Source: Raillietiella orientalis (lineage: Eukaryota). From it: 64,000 nucleotides of DNA. Under the pieces are notes generated by a model. That model saw only the letters and a program-made list of their open reading frames with translations. It searched no databases and was not told the origin of the DNA. Below are positions 14,260 to 24,900 of the stretch, piece after piece. Position 1 is the stretch's first letter. Each line of letters opens with the position of its first letter. Location of the stretch: contig JAYWIR010000002.1 in assembly GCA_036172245.1 (NCBI GenBank), forward strand, positions 3,658,001 to 3,722,000, written 5' to 3'. The position numbers and the translations under genes were made by a program.

Positions 14260-14319
14260 ATTTGAACCGGCCAATCAGAGCAGGACCGGAGCGCAACGTG
14301 AATAAACGACCCAATCAGG
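14260..14319 (+). promoter_or_regulatory. Candidate promoter: TTTGAA (CHR-like) plus tandem CCAAT boxes
   Basis: ATTTGAACCGGCCAATCAG at 14260 and a second CCAATCAG at 14311 (40-bp spacing). An inverted ATTGG lies near 14414. Confidence 0.4.
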
Positions 14320-17300
14320 AAACGATCGGAACGCAGATAAATAATCGAGCAAACGAATTCCTCTGGGGCGAAGCCAAACCGAAAGCACCGTGAAAGGATG
14401 GCTGGCTGTGACGGATTGGGGAAAACATGCAGCCCAAAGTCGAAGAATCCCCCAGGCGTGTGGAGCGACTCGAGGGGAGGGGGAGGGAATGGCAAGTGCG
14501 CCCAGGGTAGGCCGCTTCCGGAGAGCGACAGGGCAAGGGAGCGAGGGGTTCCTCGTGCCGCCAAAAGCAGCACCTCTCGCTTGCGCGGGGGCTCCGAGCG
14601 CCGCTTCGCTCCTTCTACCCGCCGTCCCCTTCCCTACCCACCCCTTCCCGCCTTCGAGGGCTCGGATCCTTCTGCAGCAGGGTGGAGTGGGACGGCCGCG
14701 GAGGGAGCTGAAGGGACGTCCTCTTTCCTTCCCTGCATCCGGAGGAAACGAAAGGGGGACGTGGCGGCCACTGACACTACGCCAGCAACGACCACACGCT
14801 GTTCATCGGACGCGGCAAAGAGCAGCAGCGGTGGCAGCCGGAAATCCTAGCTGTCCTGCCTCCAAAACGCCTCCCGCACGCCTCCACTTCCTTCCCAGTG
14901 CTCTCCTCCTCCATGGGAGGGGAGGGGAGGGGGTCCTGGCCGGGGAGTCAGAACCGGCAGCTCCTGGCGTAGGCACGAGACTCCCGAAGCCTGGCGTCTT
15001 CGGCTAAGTCGACCGGATGAAGAGGGACGAAGCAGCTCCCCACCCACCCGCATTTTTTTCCCCACCTACCCTCCCTCCGCGAAGTTCCCCCCCCCCCCAC
15101 CTTCCCGTCCTTTCCCGAGGTGAGCCACGAGGAGGAGGGTGGGGTTCAGCGGAGCCCGTCACATGCCAGAAAGTTTCGAGGGAGGGCTGGGAGGAGAGAT
15201 GCAGACGGCCGGTTGCGACTCCTCGCCTCGACGGGAAAGCCTCCTCCCTTTTGAAGAAGAAGAAGAGTTGAAAAAAAAAGAAAATAAAAATAGAGCCTCT
15301 CTGAGCAGAAGCGCATCTTTCGAGAACAAGCACTCCCGAAATGAGCGCCGAAAGAGGAAGGGCAGGAGATCGGGAACGCAGAGCCTCCATCGCCGTGGCA
15401 TGGCAACGTCGGGTGATCGAACCCGCACGATCAGAGGAGATGCCCCCCATCGGGGAATTCGGGAAGAGAGCATTTTGCTCTTCTCCTAACGTCCATGCGG
15501 CGGAAAGAAAAGGAAAGAAAAATAAAAAATCTGATGGCTTCCTTTTGTTCTGCGTCTCAGAGAGTTTGGCTGCTCTTCCTGGAAGGTCCTCCTGGCTGCC
15601 AAACTTCTTGCTTTCTCATGAGCCTCTCGCTTGCTCGAGGGTCCGATGCTCCCTCCGGGGCGTCACACCCCGGAGGTTTCAGCGCTTCCTGGGCGGGTGC
15701 TTGGAGGGGAGTTCACGGAAGAGCTCGATGACTGTCCACGGGGCATCGCCTTCAATCCCGCTGCCTCTGTCGTCAAGCGACATCTTCCCTCAGAAAGAGG
15801 AAACGAACGTGGGTTGTGAACACCGTGCGCAGATGGCGCTCCGAGCACTGCTTGGTTCATCGGTTGCCCAGCTCTTTTTGAATCGATAGCGTGCTCGGCT
15901 TGACCTCTGCTTGCTCGGATGCGTACTTTTGCTGTGCGCTGAGTGTGCATGCACTTCCCGCATTCGGATCGTGCATTTGCACATTCCGATGGTTACACGA
16001 CGACTGGTATGTGGATTGGCTCGTATTTATCCGTGAGTCCGACACGTACACAGACTTTACAAGATGCAAGGATCCTACAAATCTCGGAGCGGTCACGATC
16101 TCTATATTCGCGCGGACACGAGTGCACTCGGCTGTGTGCACAGAATTGTGTACACTTAACTGGACATCGATGCATAGGTATTTTTGCTGTTTCGATTCAG
16201 CGTTTCCCGTTTAAACGAAGTGCCGGAAACCACTCCAGGCAAGGTGTCCAAGGATGCATTTTCGTGCCTTCTGGGGTCCCTCCCCACTGGAGTTCCACCT
16301 TGGAGCCCCTACTTCATACATCTGAGAGCATCCATGGTGAGCTGCGTGGTTCTGACACAACAGCTTCCTGATTCATCTCAGTGAACTCCAGTCGGAACTA
16401 CTGAGATCTACTGGAAACACGTAGAAACTTCGTAGAAACTTGGACCCTCCCTCCAGTTTACCAAAATTCTAAAGACGTTTTTCTTTCCTTTGTACGTGTG
16501 TGTGTGTGTATGTGTGCAAGAGAGAGAGAGAGAGGGCTCTTGAAACCAGAGGAAATCTTACTGATCAATCCCTTAAGTTGGACAGTTCGTCAAAAGCACC
16601 TAATTTGATGATAAAGAGATAAGAAGAATTTAAAGGATTTTTTTCTCTCTTTCTTCGAGCACTTCAGCAGCTGGAAGCTAAGAGATGAACACCGGAGAGC
16701 AACACTTGCTTGCTATGAGAAGTACTGTATTTTTCTGGTTCGAACCTTCATCTGATCTTAGTAGGTCGGAAAAGACCTTCAAGAATCATGCTGGGAAAGC
16801 AAACGCCAATAACTGAGGATGCTGTTAATTTTTCTACGCCTCATTATTGTTATCAATGCTATACTAAAGAAATTTCTAGCATATGATGAACAATGCCTAA
16901 TTGATAGAACACTCGAGAATGTTAGTGGATTTACGAATTTGCATCTTCTGCATGCCCACACCGTGTTTCACGATTGGAATGCATCCGGCTTGTAACTTGT
17001 TTTGACTTTAAGAAAGATTGTTAATTTGAGTCATGTTTTTCTTCCCCTAATTAAACGTGATAGTGAAAAGAGAGCTACATTCTATGCAGTACATTTCCAT
17101 TTTATTGTCGACGTGAGTGGAGCACACTGCAATCTTTTCCAAATTGCAACAACTTCTCCAAGTACATCAGGATTGATGAATGAGCTTTGGGTGAATACAT
17201 CCATTCACCAAAATAAATATAAAACCTGTGGTTATCCATGAAATGAAGAATTGGTATGTATAACGTATTGATCATCGTCTCATATGTGACTTGTTGAATA

Positions 17301-17699
17301 AATTCTTATATTTCTTCAGGTCGTATCGCGCCTAAATCTTCTCTCCATCCCAAGAGACAAGAAGCCCCTATGGGTGTTCGAAACTAATGTTTTTGTTTTC
17401 AGTCGTTGTGACCCGAGATCACATCTTAGTGTTCATCCCCGGCTGAAAGCAGCTTAACTCGAAGTATTCAATTATCGGCGTTATTAATTGTCCGATGAAA
17501 TCAGAATTCGCTTTTCAGTGTTCAGTGGGTTTGAGAATTTTCTTTATTTAAAATGTGGACTTTCCGCTTGGCTGTAAATGGTTTTGAGATTACAGATTTT
17601 GTATTAAAAATAATGAATATTAAAATATATTAAAGGCAGGGAGTGTGAAAAAGAATCAAGGGTCTGTTTTGACGACGTTTGGAGTATATCGGGTTTTGA

Positions 17700-18700
17700 T
17701 TTGCGCCATCTGAGCGGGAGTTCGTTTTTGCTCGTATGGCTCTGTCAACCCTGCAGCCGATGACGTTGTGTGGCAAAGCGAGCTTCAGAATTGCGGCTAG
17801 CGGTTTTTGCAGGCCGGATGACTGTTTGTTTTGTTCTTCTTGTTGTTGCTGCTGCTTTTCTTTTTGTTTTGTTTTTGTTTTGGACAGGTCACGCGAACGC
17901 GTTTCGAGAGCGCACTCCACGACCTTTCTTTTTGCCCACACACACACACACACACCCTGGCCGCAAATTTGCCAAGGAAAAAGCCACCCTGAGGTGGTGT
18001 CCGCGCGGCGCTTCCAATTTTTGGCGTCGTCGCGCCAACATTCCTACGCCCGACGGTGGCGGCGGCAAGTGTTTTTTTTGGTTTTTTTGTCCCCACTATG
18101 TGGACGGGGACTTTCCGGGGGAGGGCCTATTGTTCAGGGCAAAGCCGCTTTGCGGTGGGTGGCAGGAAAAATTTGGAAGCACCGTTGGCGCCGCGTCCTC
18201 AAGACCCGAAGAACTCGAGGAATCCGACTGTTGCCCGGTGCCCTCTTGGCCACATGGTGGTGCTTCCCGAAGCGGCCGGGACGGCAGGCACAGATGCTGC
18301 TGCTGCTGCTGACGCCTCGATGGCTTCACGAGGAATCCGAAATGGCCGTCAAGCACGGTTCCAAGCCCCTGGGCTGAGCGTGTACAAGAAGTGGGGGTGG
18401 CTGCTGCTGCTGCTGCTGCTGCCTTTCGCGCCCCTGCCCGGACCTGCAAAGACATGTAAAAGTGCGTGCGTGTCCGTGGGCGAATTCTGAGCCCGCGTGG
18501 AGGTGTGTGTGTGTGTGTGTGTGTGTGTGTCGGTGTTTGAATCAATGCAGCTTCAAAGCACGAACCAAGGAAGTGCTTTCCGTGCAAGCTGGAGGACGTT
18601 CCGGTGCTTTCCAGACCATGTGAATTTTTGGAATGTTTCTAACTGCATAACTGCGTTTTTCCCTTCCCTCCCCCCTCCTCCCCCCCCCAATTACTTCGTT
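17700..18700. promoter_or_regulatory. CpG-rich island immediately upstream of CLASRP (likely promoter/5' UTR region)
   Basis: Local GC/CpG-rich ~1 kb between AT-rich flanks. It contains TTGGCG(C) E2F-like words and (CTG)n and (GT)n runs, and an acceptor-like ttgctttttcag follows at ~18772. Confidence 0.45.
18503..18530. repeat. (GT)n microsatellite
   Basis: About 14 GT units in the island upstream of CLASRP. Confidence 0.9.
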
Positions 18701-18953
18701 CCTGTCTGTTTTAAGTGTACTCGGAACAGTTTCCAGTAATTTGGTGGTAATGTGGCGTGGTTGCTTTTTCAGGTATTGCTAATGCCAGTTTGCTGGTCAA
18801 GGTAAATGCTTCCGACAACGACCCATGAGAAAAAAAAACGAACTATTTAATTTTTTTTATGAAGTTTGCTGAAATGGATAAATTCCAAAAAATTTATCTA
18901 ATATAAGGTTCTATAGTTTGCTTTTGTAAAATGGTTTGTTAAAACAATCAAAC

Positions 18954-21900
18954 ATGTGGCACGAGGCAAGAAAACATGAGAAAAAGATCAGAGGAATGAT
19001 GGTGGATTACAAGAGGAGAGCAGAAAGAAGAAGAGAATTCTATGAAAAAATTGTAATTATGATTTCATTTTGCGTCCATGTGAATATTGTGCTTATGCTG
19101 AATGAGTGTTCATGTTTTATTTCAGTTGCATGATAACTTTTCCTCACTTCTAATATCTGTTTATTTTATGCTGTGTGAATATTCAGCCATCCTACCAAAA
19201 TCTTGTAACCGTAATTATCCTTATTTGGCCATCTTTTAAGACCATAACATGATTGATGAACTTTTGAATTGTATCCTGAAAGCAAATTCTTCAAGGTGTC
19301 TTAATTCAACATATGTTTCAGAAAAAAGACCCAGCTCAATTTCTTCAACTGCATGGAAGGCAAATGAAAATTTGCATTGATCCAATGATTGGGCAATCCT
19401 TAGAAACTAACATGTTAGTATTGTTACTTATTAGTTGCTTTGGTTGACTGGCAAATGACTTATGCCATCACAGTAAAGTAAATTACGAAACTCTGCATAA
19501 TATGAGCTTTTTTAGCATATTGTTTTTGGGCTCATTGCCTGTTTTGAAGGTATTGTCTGAAAAACAATGTTTCATCTGATAGGATGCCTTGGCAAGGACA
19601 ACCTGAGAATATGATCGATAGATTCGATGTTAGAGCTCACCTGGATTACATTTTGGAAAGTAAACCAGCATCAGAACCTCCCAAATCAGCAGAAGAAATG
19701 TTGGAGCAGCGTCAAGCTAATTATGAACGCTATCGTATTCTTGTACAGAATGAATTCATTGGAAGTGAGTGCAGTCAGTTTCATTAACCTGCTTTCATTC
19801 TTTTGTTTGCTACTGCAGTTCCAGAGGATAAGTTTTTGCATCAGATTTGGATGGAAGAACGCTATGGAACTGTTGGTCGACCTGGTGCTGAAGAAGAAAA
19901 GCGTCGGCTAGCAGATAGAAAAGCAGCAATTGGGTACATATATGAGGATAGCACTATCACAACATCTCGTGATGATCATCAAGATGAAAAAGATGATGAT
20001 GAAAGTGATGTTGACCTGGGCAAGTCATTCAACTCTTGAGTTCTGTGGTTAATGTACTAGGCAGATTTGAATATTGACATTGACCATTTGAGCACAGAAC
20101 AAAGCCAAGAGATGAACCGGCTTGCAGAAAAATATGGTATGGTTGGTCATGATTTTATGACATATCTACTGAGGGACAAAGAGGAAATGGAAGCTATGCG
20201 GCTTGCAAAAGAACAGGAGGAAGCTATCCAATCAGTGAGTTGGGCAGGCACGAAGTTTGTTCATATGAAATCCAACATCTATCTAGGGTCGCAAATCCCG
20301 ACGAGAGAAAAAGCAAGCTAGGGATCGTTCCCGCAACATATTTGGAAGAAGACTAAGTCCTCCAAGGTAACGTGTTTGAAAAAGACTTCTGCCCATGGCA
20401 AAACTTTTGTAGCTATGCAGCTCGGGAAAGTCCAACTTACAATCCCTATCAGCGTGTGCGTCACTTGTCTGATAGTCCCTCCCCTACACATTCTCGGTCA
20501 CCAACACCTGCAGATAAAGGTGTTATCACATACATAACCAGCTTTGGTGGTGAGTCAGACAGTGAAGAAGAGCGATCCAAAAAAACAGCATCTGGAAGAA
20601 ATCGAAGTCATCAGACAGTGCAGGGTTCTGGAGCAAGCCTCCAGACTCCTATCATAGGTCCCCAGCTGCCACCAAAACGGTTAGTTTTCCTTGTTTACTG
20701 TTTTTCGTTTCGTTTTTGTTTTTTCCTTTTTGTTTTGTTTTTTATTATTGAATTTGGGGCATTGGGTGGCATTATTATTTTTTTGCACACTGCTGATGTC
20801 AATTTCAGGTCACCACAACGTAATTGGGACAGCTGGCATAGGAAAGGGCATTCCCGTAAAGACTGCAGTTCTAGGAGTAGTAGTTCCCATCAGCACAGTA
20901 CTGACAGGCACAAAACCCAATCCCGTTTACGAGATCGGCATTGGACTCATCATGACAGGAAGAGATATAGAACAAGGTTAATTCATTATCCCTTTTCTGT
21001 GATTAATAGCACCTTTGCATTTGTCATTGTAGGAGCCCTGGAAGTAGTAAACGAAAATGGCGATCAAGATCCCGGTTAGTATCAGCTACAGCAGCTTTTG
21101 TTTATCACCCAGGAAGCAGCTCTCCACAACGTGCTAGCTCCCTGTCCAAGTCTCCAAGCAGGTCTAGCAGTAGCAGCAGTCAGACTACAAATGTAGCAGC
21201 AGATAAAGATGTGGACTCATCCTTGGATATTCTGGCTCCAGTTCCTCAACCTCCTCCTCCTCAGAAGAGCTATTATGAGCAGATCAAAGGACTGAGTTCA
21301 GATGAACTGTCAAATGAAGAGGAAGAAGAAGAAAACAAGACGGATAACATGATCATTCAGGCACCTAAGTACGAGGAAAACAACCAAAACCTGATGGATT
21401 GTCAAATGTTTGGTTTCTTTTAGGTCTCCAACTGGAACTCTTCCAGGACTTCACAAAGTCAGTAAGAGCTACATTTTGCCACTGGGCAGGGTGGGATAGG
21501 CAAGGGAGAAATGATGTTGTAAGCAGGTCTAATGCTAGTCCTTTCAGAACAGGAAGCACAACCCACGTGACAAGTTGATGAGGAAGATGCAGGCCCAGCT
21601 TAATAAACAATGTAGGAACTTAGATTGTTTGCATCCAATTTTAGAACTTTCTCCTGTAGACAAAGCAGATAAGAAGGCAGAAAAGGAACGCCGGGAGAAA
21701 CAAGAACAAGAGAGAATAGACCGAGAAGAAGAACTGCGAGAGTTATCCATCAAATTGAGAAAGAGGTGAGTATGCCACCTCATAAAGAATAAGAATCATG
21801 CATCTTAAGACTCCCTGCTCTTAGAGAGCGGGAGCGTAGGCACAGAATTCGAGAAGAGGAAGACTATGACGACTTGGATGGGCGACCTTTAAGTTCTAGT

Positions 21901-21984
21901 GAAGACAGCCGACATTCCAGTCCAAGCACTGCCAGTCGAACACCCTCTCCACCTGGAGATTCTTATCATGAGCGAAATAGGTAG
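18954..21984 (+). CDS. CLASRP: CLK4-associating serine/arginine-rich protein (SFRS16/SWAP2 family), 14 coding exons
   Basis: Hand-spliced exons 18954-19052, 19322-19413, 19583-19764, 19819-20019, 20065-20234, 20287-20366, 20413-20679, 20809-20976, 21033-21074, 21117(or 21120)-21368, 21424-21457, 21548-21611, 21660-21765, 21825-21984. They give MWHEARKHEKKIRGMMVDYKRRAERRREFYEKI-KKDPAQFLQLHG...MPWQG..NMIDRFDVRAHLD...NYERYR...SYAARESPTYNPY...ITSFG...MQAQLNKQYKADKKA, the recognisable CLASRP motifs. The 3' end is uncertain: a further 46-nt intron 21981-22026 would move the stop to 22043-22045. Confidence 0.95.
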
Positions 21985-24900
21985 AGCAGAAGACTGTGAT
22001 GAAGACTGGCACCTAAATGATTTCAGCAGCTTATCTGGCTTTTGAGTGATATTTGAAAATGAAAGCCTACTTGATAGCAATAGATTTGCCTTTGGTTACA
22101 TTCCTGAAAGAAGTTATCTGCTGTGTGTTGTAGTCATTTGACTAGTGCATTCTGTCAACAGACACCTCAACATTGGCATGCAATTTAAAGTAGCGAATCT
22201 TCTGGGATGCCATGGTATTTTATAACATGGTTGAGGAAACCACTGGCTTGTAAGAAGGCAAATCAAATGCACATTCATGTGATAGTCAGAATGCTAAGAG
22301 CATTTTGCATATTGTCGTTCTCCATGTTGAGCGTACATCGTTAATGTTAAGGACAGCTTCCAGAGACGCATGCTTTAAATCGCATGCTAGTATTTTTTAC
22401 AATCCGATCAAGGTTGCACACCATTATAGGATAACAGCCAGTAAAATCTGTAACAAAGATTGCATTTGTGTGCGTATTTTTGTTTAGTGAGCAATAACGA
22501 AAGTCTTTGCAACTAAATTTATGAGTTTTAATTACTATTTTGTTCGAGAGTGTTTGTGTCTGAATGCATCTAGCCTCGATGAAATCATCCAAGCGAAACG
22601 TCGATTGGGGTTGAACTCGCGCCTTCGAGTTGCAATGTGCCCGCAACCTTTCCCGGGAACTTGCCAAGGGCGTACTTGATTTCTGCAGGGAACCCTCGAG
22701 CTGCATATTGAACTCGCAGTTGCTGCTATCAGGAATAGAATGTACTTAGGGGATGTAGCATCTCCATAAGCATGAAGCCGCACTCTTCTTTCAAGTGGAA
22801 GGAACCATCTTAACACTGCACTTGAGCGAAAGAGATGCCAGTATCATATTTTCCGAAGCAGCTCAAAAACGTGTAGCTTTCTCTCGCAAAGCACCCGCTC
22901 TGGTTGATGTGATTCAGTCACTCCGTTGGGACTCCACACGGGTATTATAAACATTAAAAAAAAGAGATACATATGAAGGAGCTTCCTGGGTGACTGATAT
23001 ATATTTGACATAAGTTTATTCCGTGCCGAAGAGGATCAGCAATAGCAGATTACCTCATCGGCGTTGGAAGAACGCATAAATGTAAGCACAGTAGTTGCAT
23101 TCCAGTTAATCAAACTTTTTTCCTTGAATACCCACCTCGGCTCTCCTGTTGGCCTTTATTGATTTCGAAAATGTGTGAAAGTAAAGTGGAAACAAAACAA
23201 GTTCAGTCATTAAGGGAGCACAGTAGTACTGTAGAACCTGAAAACAGAACAGTTTCTTCCAGCACCTTGTCTTTCTCTTTCCCTCGTTGTTTTCTGTTGA
23301 GGTGTCATGACTTGGAAAGAACGTGTTTTCTTTCAATGAACGGAAACACTTGTAAAAACTGAACTAGGGACTTTCAGGTGTTTTCAGGGAGTAGCTGCAG
23401 AAAATTAAGTTGACTAATTTGACTCTTGACGGTCTTGAGAAGGATTATTTTGGGAAGAAGGGAACAAGAAAACGCTGATTGTGCTCCCTACTTTGTTCCC
23501 TTTTTTTTTTCTTGTAGCTGAGAAGAGTTTACCTAATGCATTAAGGAGACCTGGAGTGAACTTTACAATTCTCTTGCTATTATGCTTTGGAAGAAGTAAA
23601 ATGAAACTTTTGTACGTACATTTCGAGGTGTAGGTATTCGGACCATCTTGGAATGTTGCGTTAAAAAAGCCCCCCTAAAAAAGCTTACATTCGAAACCAA
23701 CACAGCGTACAATACGAGAGCGATATGCGAGGACCGTGTGAAAATGAGAAAAAAAGAGATCAGGAAATTTTTCCGAATGGTATCGAAATGTAATTTCGCA
23801 TGCAATATCGAACTGGCCGAAGTTTTCATGTCGAAACAAATGAAGATCATCTCGTTGTAGATCTGTCTTGGGTCGCAGATGAATCTGGAAGACTTCCCTC
23901 GGGGAGTTGTGCGATTTCCCAACTGCCCATTCTGCCCGTCGATAAGCTCTGTACACCACGTAACGGCGATAAGGTGTTTAGGTAAACAACAGTGAGAGCA
24001 TGCGGAGAGTTTTGGGCGAGATTTCAGATTACAAGTTTGGGAGATGGAAATGGAGATAAGAACTTCGAAATAGCGGCATTTTAGTTATATTACCTTTAAT
24101 CATATTTTGAATGCATTTCTCTATGACCTTATTAAAGTTTGCACGCAAAGCTTTGCACGCAGAGAAAAAACATTGCACATGTGTATCAGAAAACAAAGAG
24201 CGGGGATTCGAAGAAGCTCGAAAGTTTTTTACGAAGGAATTTCTACATCGCGACAAGCTCGGAGCTCGGGAGGGGCGGATGCTGGAGTGGGTCTCACGAA
24301 ACTGTATTTCCACGGCTTTTGTTTATGGCCATTTAAAAAGCGGCGATTATCAGGGCCTGCTGAAGGTTCGGAAAAAATCCACGACACACGTTGATGTGGA
24401 ACACTTGTGATGGGGGGGGGGCGGACTTCAGGATTCGGAGAACTGGAATAACCCGACATGAACCTCAGAACCGGGACTGGCACAAGGTGGGCAATTCATT
24501 AATTGCGAGGGGATCCGACATGCTTTGACAACTCAGCGCAGCCCCTAAAAGGACACGCAAGATGCTCATCACGACAGCAGCATCCGATTGGAAGCAGTCA
24601 CGTCTCCAGGATTTCCTCCTTTTCCCAACGATCTCCCTGCATTTCTCGTGTCCAGTCAAACTCGGCATTTCTGGGTGCTGCGGTGTTCTGGAGACGCGTG
24701 GTTGGTGCAACAGGCTGGAAAAAACACGAGAAGTTGGTGTGTTTCGCCGGACGCTTTGCAGGCGGTGACTAGGAGATCTTTAACGGGACGATTCCATCCT
24801 CAAGCAAAAGTCCCTTGAACGGGTTTGTTACGAAAGCGGAGGCAACTAAGGGAGAGCAGGGACGAAGCACAGCGAACGGATTCCAGAGTTTCAGGAACGA

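Noticed and set aside
460..15900. Many long overlapping ORFs (up to ~360 aa) on both strands
   Set aside because: They are Arg/Pro/Gly/Ser-rich, run through homopolymers and microsatellites, and show no domain; this is expected from stop-codon scarcity in GC-rich DNA.
23085..23105. gtagttgcatt partial match to miR-33
   Set aside because: The seed end does not match and there is no precursor hairpin.
23648..24410. Lys-rich short ORFs (EIRKFF/EARKFF) as a possible transposase relic
   Set aside because: No DDE, RT or other motif and no terminal repeats seen.
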